Shown here: piece after piece, positions 1-12,528 of the stretch
Position numbering within the stretch: the first letter of the stretch is position 1
Layout: every line of letters starts with the position of its first letter
From: Nemertoderma westbladi
Lineage: Eukaryota; Animalia; Xenacoelomorpha
Length of the DNA: 39,848 nucleotides
NCBI GenBank assembly: GCA_032718475.1
Contig: JAUCBJ010006977.1
Span: 1 to 39,848 of the forward strand
Direction: 5' to 3'
Notes under the pieces: generated by a model
What the model saw: only the letters and a program-made list of their open reading frames with translations
Told to the model about the DNA's origin: nothing
The model's database searches: none
Program-made: the position numbers and the translations under genes

Positions 1-1230
1 AGTATTCAATACCTACACTGCAATACAATATAAACTGTTACTGTTCGCGCTTTCGAAGACCTTTAGCAGTTTAACCTGCCAAAATTTATATGTCTTTTCG
101 TTAATTAAAACCACTTTAGCATATGACAATAATTTATGCTAATACGCAAAACATTAGCCGAAGTCAGCCCATGCGCGATCATTCACCCGATGGATCTACA
201 CCCAGGAGACTGAATTCGGATGCTTGAATTGTATTATTACAGTGTAAGGTTGTAGTGTATACCTAATGTATTATTCGATAGATCGTTAATAATTAATCTC
301 TGACAGATATTATTGGCTTTCGGGAAATATTAACAGTTCCTTTAGGACGTGGCGCTTTATCTATTTAAACAGAACTAAGACTTATACTAAACGCAACGAT
401 ACTGCTGATGATTAAAGTATAAAACGTATTCTTTAGGAAATACTTTGTTACCAATCACAATCATTCACACTATTCTGCCGACAGTCAGTATATTTGATCA
501 CACATAAAGAGAGCAGTAATTGACTCGCGTAGGGTCTGCTAAATAACATTGGATTCAATACACACCCCATTAATATAAATCGCAATTGTTATATATAGCC
601 GGTCTCTCTAACCTGTAGTGTTATCAAGAAAATTGGGAATTGGGTGATTTATCCGTATTATCCAAATAGCAATATTTCCATCAACAAATATTTACAATTA
701 ATAACTGACGGTAAAATAACAGTACAAACAATATGATTAATGCAATTAAATTAAGTGAGTATGTTAATTAAGATTGATCAATTAGTGCGTAGTTAGTTAG
801 GTAACAGTTTATACTTTCGATAATTCAAGCAGTTCTGCAGTTCACGGTACAGCAGTATCTATCCAAAAATGCCGGTGTTTCTGGCTTAGACAGCAATAAC
901 AACAAAAGTAACAACTCTCTCTCTTATTTTCCAAGAATCCCGTTCAACACATGTAATCAGCAGTGAGACAGGATAATTTCAGTTCAGTAGCTCGGGATTG
1001 GTCGAAATCAGAACTAACTCAACGCAGGGCTATGGGTAACTGGGGCAACCTTCCCAAGCCGGCTGGCCAATCGAACAGCTCAGATCCCTCCTAAAGGATT
1101 CCAACGCTTTGGAGGGGGGAACTGGTTAGCAAAGAAAACAAATCAGTCATATCCCAGAAAAACCTTTACAGTAGGTTTCAGAGTATTTTAGCGTATGGGG
1201 GAAAAACTGGGTTGCGGGGCGAAGGGCCAG

Positions 1231-1761
1231 TTACATCCCACAGAAGCTTTTACACATCTTGTTTCTTGGCCTTTTGTACAGATTAAAGACGTTAATGCCG
1301 TTCAGTCGCTGATCTTTTGCCAAATTAGTTTCTGTTAAAATATTGTAACAACTCACAAGAAGGGAAGGTGATCCGCTGATTTCAGTGCCTAACTTTTCTG
1401 TAAATGCTGCCTTGATGACACTTAATACTTGAGATTCAGTCATCCCCTTTGTCAGTTTAAGACCATTTATCAAATAACCTTTATTAACCAGTTCTTCTTT
1501 TTTATGCTGTCGCGGGGAAACTGAACCGACTGAGTATTCATCATTTGGTAAGTACAATACGTCGATAGTGAAAGGATACATATCTTGATCGGTAGACGTA
1601 TTGAATGTTGCCGTTGCAGTGGTGGATTGGTTACCCGTACGTTTAGGCCTTCGACACTGCCTCCTATTTTGCAGCAATCTCGTAGAAGTAAAATTTCTCC
1701 TAAAAATTTCAGAAGCCTTAGTATTCAGATCATTTAATAGTTTTCGATCATCAGGATTCAT
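1231..1761 (-). CDS. Hypothetical protein, unassigned
   Basis: 176-aa ATG-initiated ORF with protein-like composition; no motif recognised with confidence. Confidence 0.3.
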   Translation of the reverse strand: MNPDDRKLLNDLNTKASEIFRRNFTSTRLLQNRRQCRRPKRTGNQSTTATATFNTSTDQDMYPFTIDVLYLPNDEYSVGSVSPRQHKKEELVNKGYLINGLKLTKGMTESQVLSVIKAAFTEKLGTEISGSPSLLVSCYNILTETNLAKDQRLNGINVFNLYKRPRNKMCKSFCGM

Positions 1762-2654
1762 TACTGGATTACCGTTAACAGTGCTATACAGTAGGTAGCA
1801 GTGCGCTTGCGCACTTAACTGAACCTACACCAAACTCAGAAACTAAACATATAAGACTTAATTTTGTATGTAGGGAGTAGTATGTAATACTGTAGTACTC
1901 AGTGCGGGCAAAATTATTGGCATTTAGTGAGGTCTGGCTGTGTGACGGCTCTTTAAGGCATTAAAAAAATTGGAGTTGAGCTGCTACGCATTATATCTTT
2001 AAGGCATAATACCAGAATACAAGTACCCGGTTCACTGATACCTATAGTTATAACTGTATAATGCAACACCCAGCAAGGTAGGCCCTACTGCCCTACCGGT
2101 ATTTTACATGCTAATTTCACAGATGTAAGCTGCTTGTTCTGTTGTTTGGCTACCCGACAGCCCGATGCTGGCATCTGCTCCTGCTCTAGTCTACAAGTTC
2201 AGTAGTTCATAACACAGTACAGTAGAGGCTTGCTAGATAACCTGTGATAAAACTGTGATGGACCCGGGACCTGAACTTCATAGCATCAGGGCTGTTGGGT
2301 TGATGTTAGACTTAGAACAGTAGAACTGAAGGGAAGCCAAAAAAGAAGGCTACAAGTGTAAAATTAGTACAGGATTGTTGCTAGTTGCACATGGGTACAC
2401 ATGTAGAATGCAGTGCAGCTGCGGGGCAGCAGGGCGCTGGCAGGCTAGGGTTGTTGTTATACTGTTAATGCAGTAATATGGATCCAGTACTGCAGTAAGT
2501 GTTACCCTAATGCAGTAATGCTACCGTACCGGTACTGTGTACTGGTAGAGGATGAGTTTAGAAAAGGGAATACTGGAATAGACCTACTCTTGTATGCATG
2601 AATGTACTATAATATACTGAAATACTGTAGCTCCTTGTATGTATGCCTATAGTT

Positions 2655-3240
2655 TTTTTTTCCTATTGACTATAATAAACTAACCAATAACAAAAATGTA
2701 CCTACCAACTAGTTGGTAGGGTACTTTTTTCCTATTGGCTAAATAGATGGTAGGTACTTTTTTCTTATTGGCTATAATAAACTAACCAATAAGAAAAATG
2801 TAGCTACCAACTAGTTGGTAGGTACTTTTTTCCTATTGGCTAAATAGATGGTAGGTACTTTTTTCTTATTGGCTAAAATAAACTGGCCAATAATAAAAAT
2901 GTAGCTACCAACTAGTTGGTAGGTACTTTTTTCCTATTGGCTAAATAGATGGTAGGTACTTTTTTCTTATTGGCTAAAATAAACTGGCCAATAACAAAAA
3001 TGTAGCTACCAACTAGTTGGTAGGTACTTTTATCCTATTGGCTAAATAGATGGTAGGTACTTTTTTCTTATTGGCTAAAATAAACTGGCCAATAACAAAA
3101 ATGTAGCTACCAACTAGTTGGTAGGTACATTTTTCCTATTGGCTAAATAGATGGTAGGTACTTTTTTCCTATTGGCTCAATACATGGTAGATACTTTTTG
3201 TACCAAATAAAAAAGTAGCTACCAACTATTAGTTGGTAGT
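2655..3240. repeat. Minisatellite, ~101-bp unit, ~5.5 copies, with internal palindromes
   Basis: Palindrome CTACCAACTAGTTGGTAG recurs at 2702, 2804, 2905, 3006, 3107 (degenerate at 3219); each unit also has a TTATTGGC...GCCAATAA-type inverted pair. Confidence 0.9.
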
Positions 3241-3453
3241 AACATTATGGCGCTATTGGCGTTCCATAGCTTCTTTTCCCCGATTGTCTAGCAATTCCTA
3301 ACCTGTATAATTCAACAAAAGTTAAAGTTTTTACTTTGTGTTTCTTTTTCATAGTTTAAGTTAAATTAAATTATATTCATGTAACATTTATATTATAAAA
3401 CGGATATGGTGAAGGATTGAACTTGTTGTTACTTGCTTTATTTACCTTGTCAA

Positions 3454-3753
3454 TTAATTCCACGTTTCTTCTCTCCATTCTTTTTCTGTGCCCCGTGCTT
3501 CTTTCGGCCTTTCAATGCTAGGGTTTTCAGTTTTGATTTGTACTTCTTTTTTTCTTTTTCTGTAAATTGACTTTCCATTTCGATACTGACAGTATCTTAA
3601 ATGTTATTGTTTTTCTGCCTCAGGAAAGTAATGGCATTGAACGTTCGGACAATTTTTTCACCCGGTTGATTTCTTCTACATTTTCTTAAGTGTCTGATAA
3701 ATCTTCCACATGAATTCTGTGGTATGTTTCATATGAGCATATTATATACTCAT
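3454..3753 (-). pseudogene. GTSF1: GTSF1/Asterix-like double CHHC zinc-finger pseudogene (not in ORF track)
   Basis: Manual translation across two frameshifts and one stop: EYIICSYETYHRIHVE/RFIRHLRKCRRNQPGEKIVRTFNA/HYFPEAEKQ*HLRYCQYRNGKSIY...EWREETWN*. Collinear with the intact ORF at 34102-34389, including the terminal WxEExW(D/N). Confidence 0.85.
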
Positions 3754-4102
3754 TATCCCTTATAAAATGTATATGATAAACTATATTATATTTAATATTG
3801 TATATTAAAATTTTAATTAAATTATTAATAATTATTAATACCTTAGTGAATATTGAATGAATATAGAGATTTGGTTTATTATATTATATTAAAGTAACAG
3901 TCAAGCTAAGGCTTATTTATCAACAAATAAATTTATTATAATATATTAACATTTAATGTATTTTATTTTTAGATTTACCAAAATCACCCACTATAATAGA
4001 ATAATAACTAACTTATCCACCACCATCACAATAGAATAATAACAATAAAAGTGTATCATTAATGCTAGTAGTAAGCAATTAGTGTCTTCCAATACTGTAA
4101 TA

Positions 4103-5970
4103 CATAAAATTTGTTACTACTTTGAATTTATATAACTCCCACGTATGTTGGATAAAATATAAGTTTTTTATATCAAATTAAAGCCAATATTCTAACTTAG
4201 ATTTTGGTCCGCGTTTGGAGTCACAACGTTGTTATGGAAACAAAATACAGCCAATTGAATTCAAAAGCCAGATTTTATACATTCGTAAGTGAAGCTTCGA
4301 GGCCGTTTAAATAGGTAATGCGCTATTTGGACGATACATGGTCATGAACATTGCTTGTTTGTTATGAAAGGTTAAAATTCGAGGAACGTTGGTCATAAAG
4401 TGTATTTATTTTTGGTTATTTATTTTATTACAATTTATTTTGTGCCAATATTCAACATACTAACTAATCTGACAAACAAATAAAGTATACAATCAATGCA
4501 ATACTGTATGTATGCATTGCATACACACACTAGCAATAAATAATAAATAATGCCTGTGACGATATAATAAACCTGGAATAATTGTAATGTACTTGTAATG
4601 TAATTTAATCTAAGAGTTAGACTAGAAACTAGAAGTTTAATGCTATTGTTGTACCGGTATCTACCGATAATCTCTATGTGGCCACCTCCTATTTCCTGCA
4701 CTTTTTCTAGTCTACTCATCATTTCTGCAAAGGATCTCTGAAGATGGGCTTTCGGTATTCCGTTGAAGGCTTCTGTAATAGCAGGACGAAGTTGGGCCAA
4801 TGATTCAATCGGTTGGCTATAAACTAAGTTCTTAATTTGGCACCATAAATAGAAACCGCAAGGTGTCAGGTCCGGGGAGCGTGGTGGCCACAGCACTGGT
4901 CCATCTCTGCCAATCCAATGTCCGTTAAAATGACAGTCCAAATAATACCTAACGATAAGCCCCCAGTGTGGCGGTGCACCATCTTGCTGGAACACAATAT
5001 CGCTATGCTGGATTCCTAACCGAGGAACAAAAAATGAAGATATCAAATCTAAATAACTGGCACTTGTAACAGTTGGTGTATCAAAAAAGTATGGACCAAT
5101 TAATCGTGTGCGAGACATAGCTGCCCATACAGTGACCTTTGGTGAGTCGCGAGATTTTTCAGCGATTGAGTGTGGGTTTTCCTTTCACCAAATCCGAGAA
5201 TTCCATCTATTTACTTGTCCATTGACATGAAAGGTAGACTCATCACTAAAGAATACCTTGGATAAGTCCCTAGATTCTAGAAAGTTCAATATCTGGGCCA
5301 CATTATTGACACGTCTGGTGTAGTCGATTTGTTGAATTGCATGTAGGAGCTGAATTTTGTAAGATTTGAATTTGAGTTTCTTAATAACTCTTATAATACT
5401 GCTACGACCGTAGCTTAATGATAGTAATGCCCGCCTCAGTGATGTTCGTGATGACAGATGATTTATCTTGAAACACGAATGCGTCTTCCTGACCCCTTTT
5501 TTCTGGTGAAACCGAATTCGGAAGAAAGTTTCAAGTTAAAGTTTCAGCGTTTTTAGGAAGACGCTGATTTGGAAATTTGTGTCCAAATGCACTAGCTGTT
5601 AGTTTGGGCGACTTAGTTTCAAAATACGTTTTTACAATAAAAACGTTATCTTCACCAGAGAACATGGTTCCAACTTAAAACACAAGAGTGAACCAAAATG
5701 GTAGCTAGTCTTATTTCCATAGCAACACTAACTTTCTCATAAAATAAATACCCGCAAAAGCCTAGAACTTGCACCTACGAATGTATAAAATCTGGCTTTT
5801 GAATTCAATTGCCTATATTTTGTTTCCATGACAACATTGTGATTCCAAACACAGACCAAAATCTAAGTTAGAATATTGTCTTTAAATTGATATAAAAAAC
5901 TTATATTTTATCCAACATACGTGGGAGTTATATAAATTCAAAGTAGTAACAAATTTTATGGGACACCCTG
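4103..5970 (-). mobile_element. Tc1/mariner DNA transposon, DD41D (rosa) type, with ~190-bp TIRs
   Basis: 4103-~4290 is the reverse complement of ~5771-5960. The right end reads ...ATGGGACACCCTG followed by TA; the left TIR lacks the outer ~10 bp. Encloses a transposase remnant. Confidence 0.9.
4670..5665 (-). pseudogene. DD41D-family transposase pseudogene
   Basis: Starts MFSGEDNVFIVKTYFETKS; contains FFSDESTFH, FQQDGAPPH and WPPRSPDLTPC(G)FYLW. 41 residues separate the second D from the third catalytic position, which is G. In-frame TGA after NSRIW; ends near GGHIE. Confidence 0.9.
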
Positions 5971-6006
5971 TATAATAGGCCTAAATAGACCAAATCTCCA
6001 GAAATT

Positions 6007-6600
6007 CCGCCTCTGTAACCTGCTCCTTTCCCTGAATTGGTAAAGTGGCCGTTTATTGTTTTGGTTAGAAAGGCCCGCCTCTGTAACCTGCTCCTTTCCT
6101 TCATTTAGTATAGTGACTGTTTATTGTTTTGGTTAGAAAATCCCGCCTCTGTAACCTGCTCCTTTCCCTCAATTAGTTAAGTGATCGTTTATTGTTTTGG
6201 TTATAAAATCCCGCTTCTGTAACCTGCTCCTTTCCCTCAATTAGTTAAGTGATCGTTTATTGTTTTGGTTAGGAAATCCCGCCTCTGTAACCTGCTCCTT
6301 TCTCTCAATTGGTAATGTTATCGTTTATTGTTTTGGTTAGAAAAGACCATCTATGCAACCTGCTCCTTTCCTTCATTTGGTAAAGTGATTGTTTATTGTT
6401 TTGGTTAGAAAATCCCGCCTCTGTAACCTGCTCCTTTCCCTGATTTGGTAAAGTCACCGTTTATTGTTTTGGTTAGAAAGGCTAGCCTCTGTAACCTGAT
6501 CATTTTCTTCATTTGGTAAAGTCACTGTTTATTGTTTTGGTTAGAAAATCCGGCCTTAACCTGCTCCTTTCCATCAATTGGTAATTGTTTTTGGTTATAA
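6007..6600. repeat. Minisatellite, 68-bp unit, ~9 copies
   Basis: CCGCCTCTGTAACCTGCTCCTTTCC...GTTTATTGTTTTGGTTAGAAAA recurs at 6007, 6075, 6143, 6211, 6279 and onward. Confidence 0.93.
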
Positions 6601-7008
6601 AATGAGTGTTTTGCTACATCATGATGGTAATCGATTATCGACAACAACCACAAACTATTAAATTTAGAGTCTTTTACCACAGGCGCATATGGAAATCTAT
6701 CTCATTGTCTATAAATCTTGTGAATTTTGAATGTTTTGGCACAGGCATAGTGAAACCAACTGTCCGACAGACCAGAAATCAACAAATTTTGAATGTTTTG
6801 GCATAGGCATGTTTAAATCAACTGTCTGACAGTCCAGAAATCAGAAGTCTGACAGTTTCAAGAAATACATACATAAAAAGTCATTAAAGGACAACAAAAG
6901 TCATTAAAGGGACAAAAAAAGTCAAATAAAAGGACATAAAAAATCACTGCCTATTACAATATTATTAGCAAGCATACAGTACAGTATATTTTATCTTCTT
7001 ACAAATAA

Positions 7009-7244
7009 ACAATTTATTTTCTAGATTCAAGATGCCAAGATCTTCGAATACAGTCAACTGCCCCATCTGCGATAAAGAGATGCGGAGCGATAAATTATCC
7101 CATCATATTAAAATACATTTCACGCAACAATTTATTTTCTAGATTCAAGATGCCAAGATCTTCGAATACAGTCAACTGCCCCATCTGCGATAAAGAGATA
7201 CGGAGCGATAAATTATCCCATAATATTAAAATACATTTCACGCA
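7009..7244 (+). repeat. 118-bp tandem duplication covering the pPolB start
   Basis: ACAATTTATTTTCTAGATTCAAGATGCCAAG... at 7009 and 7127; ATGs at 7032 and 7150. Confidence 0.9.
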
Positions 7245-8779
7245 ATACAGATGCGACTGTTGCCGGACCGAATGGTTGCCATCTGGCTTCATGCTACCAC
7301 GGGGGAACCGGATTTACATACGTAAACGAGCCAGCCAATTATCGATGTGGAGACTCGCTCACCATGTCTTCCTTCGCTGAACACGAATGCTATACCCGAC
7401 TTTTTTCACGAAAACGTAAAACTCCTACCATCAACAACTCACAATCATACTCCATCAACTCTACCCCGGAACAAGTCGGCGGTGGCTCCAATAACGAACC
7501 ATCAACATCGCGAGATTATAACTATATTTCCCCAAACAATCCTTTTCAACCTACCACCAACAGAACCACGCACGGACGTTTATTTACATATACCATTGAT
7601 CTCTCAGAAACAAGACTTGACTTTGAACAAACTTTAAACGAGAATTTTTAGCATATTCAAGAACATGTTAGTAATCATTTAAATACTGCTTTGGGATATT
7701 TTTTAAGAGTCTGGTTAACTATCAATATCGTAATGGAACGCGAAACCAGTGATTTAGTGATTTGGCCGCAGTTAATTATAAAAAAGTTGATAGAAAAAAA
7801 AGAATATCAAAAGAATATCAATGTATAATCCTTTCTTAAACATGTTTGATTTTTCCAATTTAAGTTTTCCAGTGGACAGAGTAACTGGTATTCCCCAGTT
7901 TCTGAAAGCAAACCCTTCATACTGTATAAACATTTTATATTGGAGTAATACAGAAGAACTATCCATTCTAAGTCTACCAGATAGCACGCACTGTTCCAGT
8001 AAAACTGTAATAAATTTACTATTTATAGAAGCCACAACCAAAAACCCCACCCACTATGTAGCTACTACTAATATAGATAGATTAATAAATACAAAAGCTA
8101 CTTCAATGGCTAACAAGAAGCACTGCAAATGCTGTCTCAGAGCAGAGCCGTTAAAACTGTCAACTGGTTGGAAGAGCATCGAGAATGCTGCTATACGGGT
8201 AAACGGTAACTCGAGTATATGCCCGAAAATCTACACACTCCACAACAAATCTACAAACACACACGCCCCCATGCAACTCACTAGTAGCCAACAAATTGAC
8301 TTTAATAATGCTATGCAATGCTACGTCTGCAACTGTAACTTAACCCCTGATTCTCACAATCTAAACCTCAATGAAAGTCTCACTACCAAAGTCCACGATC
8401 ACGACCATTATAGCGGGGAGTATCGAGGGGCTTCTTGAGTTGGCTGCAATAGGAAACTATCACTAAAACGAAATAATTGTTATATTATATTTCATAACTT
8501 GAGAAAATTCGATATGCATTTACTGTTAAAAAAGAAGGAATGACTGATAGGTCTAGAACACACTGGAAAATGACTATAATACCAAAAAACACCGGAACCT
8601 ATATTCACCTTAAAGTTAGCTTTCCAATCGATCAAAGTACACCAATAGCCAAAGCTAAAGAAAGTATCTTCATTAATTTTCTATATTCCTATCAATTTAT
8701 GGCTGCCAGCCTAGATAATCTCAGTAGCTATCTCACTAAAAATAATAGTAACCTAGTGAAATATCCCGTTTTGCGATAA
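7032..8779 (+). pseudogene. Decayed, internally deleted 5' part of a Polinton-type pPolB gene (inverted paralog of ~17940-20121)
   Basis: ORF pieces 7150, 7364, 7821 and 8540 closely match the gene at 16132-20121 (CPICDKE..SD.L..IKIH; EQVGGGSNNEPSTSRDYN; DHDHYSGEYRGAS; FL.SYQFM) with frameshifts and two large deletions. Confidence 0.9.
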
Positions 8780-9131
8780 AGAAACTGTTACACTGCAGCT
8801 ATAATATATTATAATACCACAGTTTAAGTTTACCAGTTTATGGGTTTATATAAACGACTCACCAAACGTAGGCTACACGGTAGCTACACGGTAGGCCTAC
8901 TGTATATCAATATAATAGGGCTAATACACTATCGAGTACCGGTACCATGAATGTTTTGTTGCAGACAGTTTTGATTCCGGATACTTCACTCAATTCTCAG
9001 CTATAAAATCGAAACATGAACCCAAAATGAGTATTCTTTTTTTTTGTTACAGAGTTGAAGGTAAAACTTGATAAATGATTCAGGTTTTCGTACTGTAGTA
9101 GAAATGTTCCTCTCGCGGCCCCTTAGTCTTC

Positions 9132-9325
9132 GTTATTCAATGGCGCCACTCTGGCTACCATTGAATAACATTGGGCAATCATTATCTCGCCTGATGTGAC
9201 GTCATCAAAGCTGCTCTCTGATTGGTTTAATTATACAGTCTTTTCTCCCTCCTGTTCCCTGATTGGCTAACCCATTCTAGCCCCCTCTATAATAGCCCCC
9301 TTTCACCACATTCCCAATCATTGTC
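9132..9325 (+). promoter_or_regulatory. Putative Pol II promoter with upstream hairpin
   Basis: Hairpin GTTATTCAATGG...CCATTGAATAAC (9132-9169), CRE TGACGTCA (9197-9204), two ATTGG boxes and TATAAT at ~9288, upstream of ORF 9414. An inverted paralog lies at ~22285-22460. Confidence 0.45.
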
Positions 9326-9413
9326 TCTTTGTTTTCCTGAAAAGTTTTATTTATTTTCGTAAAAGTATTTATTTATTTTTATTTCCTAAACGAGTTACCG
9401 GTATACAATCACG

Positions 9414-9857
9414 ATGGCACATTCAGAAATCAGCTATTCAAGCAACGATCTGGTTTGCAACGAAAATCAGTTTATGCTACAAGACAACTCGTTTGGTCTA
9501 TATTTCGATTCGGCGAACAAACTCTTCCCGTTAACGATAAATACAACCTTACACCAACCCATCCCGATTCCGGCAAACTACGCGCACTTTATTTTCCGTG
9601 CCTGCTACGAACTTCACAATGACAACACTATTACCCTATCCAACAGCTTTACCATCGCGCGCCTTTTCGAATTACGAAAACGTTCTCTCAGAGAAGGCAT
9701 CTTTCTCCCGCAGCAAACACACCTTAATCTATTTCACCCCCCAAGAAAAGGTTATCTTAACAAACTATTAAAGAGAAAATTATCGCAGCCATTAATAGTA
9801 TCGGACCCTAAAAGGGTTAAACCAAACGTTACTCTCGGAGACCAGCAACCCTATTAA
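9414..9857 (+). CDS. Hypothetical 147-aa protein with basic NLS-like C-terminus
   Basis: ATG in good context, LKRK and PKRVKP motifs, AATAAA ~20 nt after the stop, promoter-like upstream region. Confidence 0.5.
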   Translation: MAHSEISYSSNDLVCNENQFMLQDNSFGLYFDSANKLFPLTINTTLHQPIPIPANYAHFIFRACYELHNDNTITLSNSFTIARLFELRKRSLREGIFLPQQTHLNLFHPPRKGYLNKLLKRKLSQPLIVSDPKRVKPNVTLGDQQPY

Positions 9858-11269
9858 TATAAACAGTCTCTATTTAATAAAAACTGTTCTGACTATATCT
9901 TTTGTTATTGTTGATGTTCTTATATTATTTATTATTATTGTTGTTGGTAAATTATTTATCTGTTGTTGTTATATTATTTATTATTGATGTTGTCGGTAAA
10001 TTATTTATTCTTGTTTCCCCGTAATGTTTAAAAAATATAGGATGTTTAACCAGTTATTTTTCATTTTTCTCTATTAGTTAATATATTCTATGAGAGCGAG
10101 CCATGAAGTAAGTGAGTCTCAGCATACCATTAATGACCCTATTGCTTGTTCATAATCATTTTGAATGTTAATCCCTAAATAAACAGCCAATCCCTATGAA
10201 TTCTTTACAAACTCGATATGCAAGTTGTTTATCAGAGTTGATTTTAATTAAAATATATTATTTAGTGATTTTCGTGATTAATGCTATAAATTATATTCAC
10301 CAAAATGAAAATATCCACGCTATTACTCTTTCCATCAAGCGATGCTTTGTATGTATTGATGGCGAGCAAAGTTTTCACCTCTAAGCTGTAAGTATACTGT
10401 TCTGCCCTATCATAGACACTCTGTCTTTTAGATGCTTCACTATTGATATTAAGTCGTTAGCCATGGCTCCGCTGATAAGCCGCGAGGATATTCAGCCCTA
10501 TATTCAAAGGCTTTGGTTTGATTGTTCATACTATGGATAGTTCAATGAAATCATGAAAGGGGGGCATGGGTTGAAAGTGATAGCCCCTCGTCCTTATTTT
10601 CCCGAGAAATGCTTAAAGGCAACTATGAATAGAACAATGAAACATTAAAGGGAGGACCGCATATGTTGGGAATGATAGCCCTTCAACCTCCTTTTACCCA
10701 CATTTGCGTAAGATCGAAGTAGGATGTAAAGGAAAATACACTCATAGCTTTAATGCCCCATTTGATTAAAGTAGAGCAAATTTAGCTTTCACCTAAGGGT
10801 TATCACTCCATGCGACTGCAAAATTTAAAATTCCTGAAAATTTCACGAACGAAGATTACACCTGGGGGGAGGTTGTAGGTGATCGAAGGTTGCACCCAGC
10901 CATCCTGTAATTATACATATAGTATTTTACTCGATTTACTATTTTACTATACAACGAGTTCAATCACACTATCCAATGAATTTTTTAGTAGTAAGATTGA
11001 TAGTAAGCCATTCAAGGAGACAGTTAATGCGTTAGTAGACTGGTAGACGCGGACCTACGCGATTTCGTCCATTGTTTAAATTATGCTTTGTATACAAATG
11101 ATGAACTAATGGTGGACTCCATGTACATTAGGTTCACTGTAGGTTTGCTTTCTACCCGCTGTATACAATTAATCAGTTAAATCTATTGTAAAATTTATCC
11201 AAATTAACATTTGCGCCTGCCTACCCTGATATTCCCAGGTCTACCCAACTTAAAAATCCTGGCTACAAA

Positions 11270-12046
11270 CCTGATCCACACTTGAGGTGTAAATACATTG
11301 CATCCACTTCACCAAGGTGGAACATTTGAATTTCATTTAAGATTTATTTTCATGAGTCACATAATAACCTTTTTACAATAGTAGCTTTAACCCTAATACT
11401 ACCGGGCTATAAAATGTTGTACAAATACCGGGGGAGGGTCATAATGACCCTGGTCGGGGTAGGGATCGAATCTATGACAATCTGTGTATCCTATTTTGTG
11501 TTTACTTTTTATATTTTCCGCGAAGCGACGGCAAAAATTTAAAATTCCTGAAAATTTCTGAGTCTCAGCATACCATTAATGACCCCTATTGCTTCTTCGT
11601 AATCAATTTGAATGTTAATCCCTAAATCCCTACATTTTTCATAAAAACCCTCAAAACTTTACAAATTTTGAAAAATCGGCTAATATAAAAAAAACCATAG
11701 TTTCAATAAAAATGGTACTCGAAATGTGAATACAATGCTTCCACTTCACCATGGTGAAACCTTAACGAAAACTATCCTGATCCACACTCGAGTTGTAATT
11801 ACATTGCATCCACTTCACCAAGGTGGAACATTTGTATTGTATTTAAGATTTATTTTCATGAGTCACATAATAACCCCAATACTACCGGGCTATAAAATAT
11901 TGTATAAATATCGGGGGAGGGTCATAATGACCCTGGTCGAGATAGGGAATCGAATCTATGACAATCTGTATATCCTATTTTATGTTTACTTTTTATTTTT
12001 TCCGCGAAGCGACGGCCAAAATTTAAAATTCCTGAAAAATTTCGCG
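11270..12046. repeat. Two ~270-290-bp direct repeats (11270-11558, 11777-12046) including a piggyBac-like end
   Basis: Shared CCTGATCCACACT...GGGTCATAATGACCCTGGTC...AATTTAAAATTCCTGAAAA. TTAACCCT at 11388 resembles a TTAA-specific terminus; no partner end found. Confidence 0.7.
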
Positions 12047-12528
12047 GATAGAGAATTATAAATATAATTGGTGAGCATAGTGCTACGCGAAGGCTCCATG
12101 GCAGATGTATTTTAGCTATGGACTCGTATATCCATTCTACTCTACTATAGCCAGACTGTCTTTGAGGTGCCCCGTTAGCCTTGGCGCCGCTAAATCTGCA
12201 TGAGGGCCGGCCGGCAAGCGAGATATCTCTATTGCTAATAAGCTTGAGGGCCCAAATAAGGCTAACATTCATATGCTATATCCCATAGTTATTACCGATA
12301 TATAATTACTACTGGCTCCTAACGACTTATCACTGGGGAGCCCTTTAATTAAAGCCGCCGCTCGTTGAAACTGTTGCGTTGCTCCCTCTGCGCTGATGCT
12401 ATATAAACCGAGTTGGGCCTTCATTCGTCATCAGTTTTGAGCTCGAAAAATTTTATGTGATTTATTCTACATTTTAAACTTTTGCGTTTACAATTTTAAA
12501 CTTGTTAATTTACCAATTAATCAATACC

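Noticed and set aside
4435-4669. Hydrophobic C-terminal extension of the transposase ORF
   Set aside because: Lies beyond the usual GGH.E end; probably read-through into AT-rich non-coding DNA.
6007-6600. Regular repeat with a variable segment, superficially CRISPR-like
   Set aside because: The variable parts are homologous to each other, there are no cas genes, and the context is eukaryotic.
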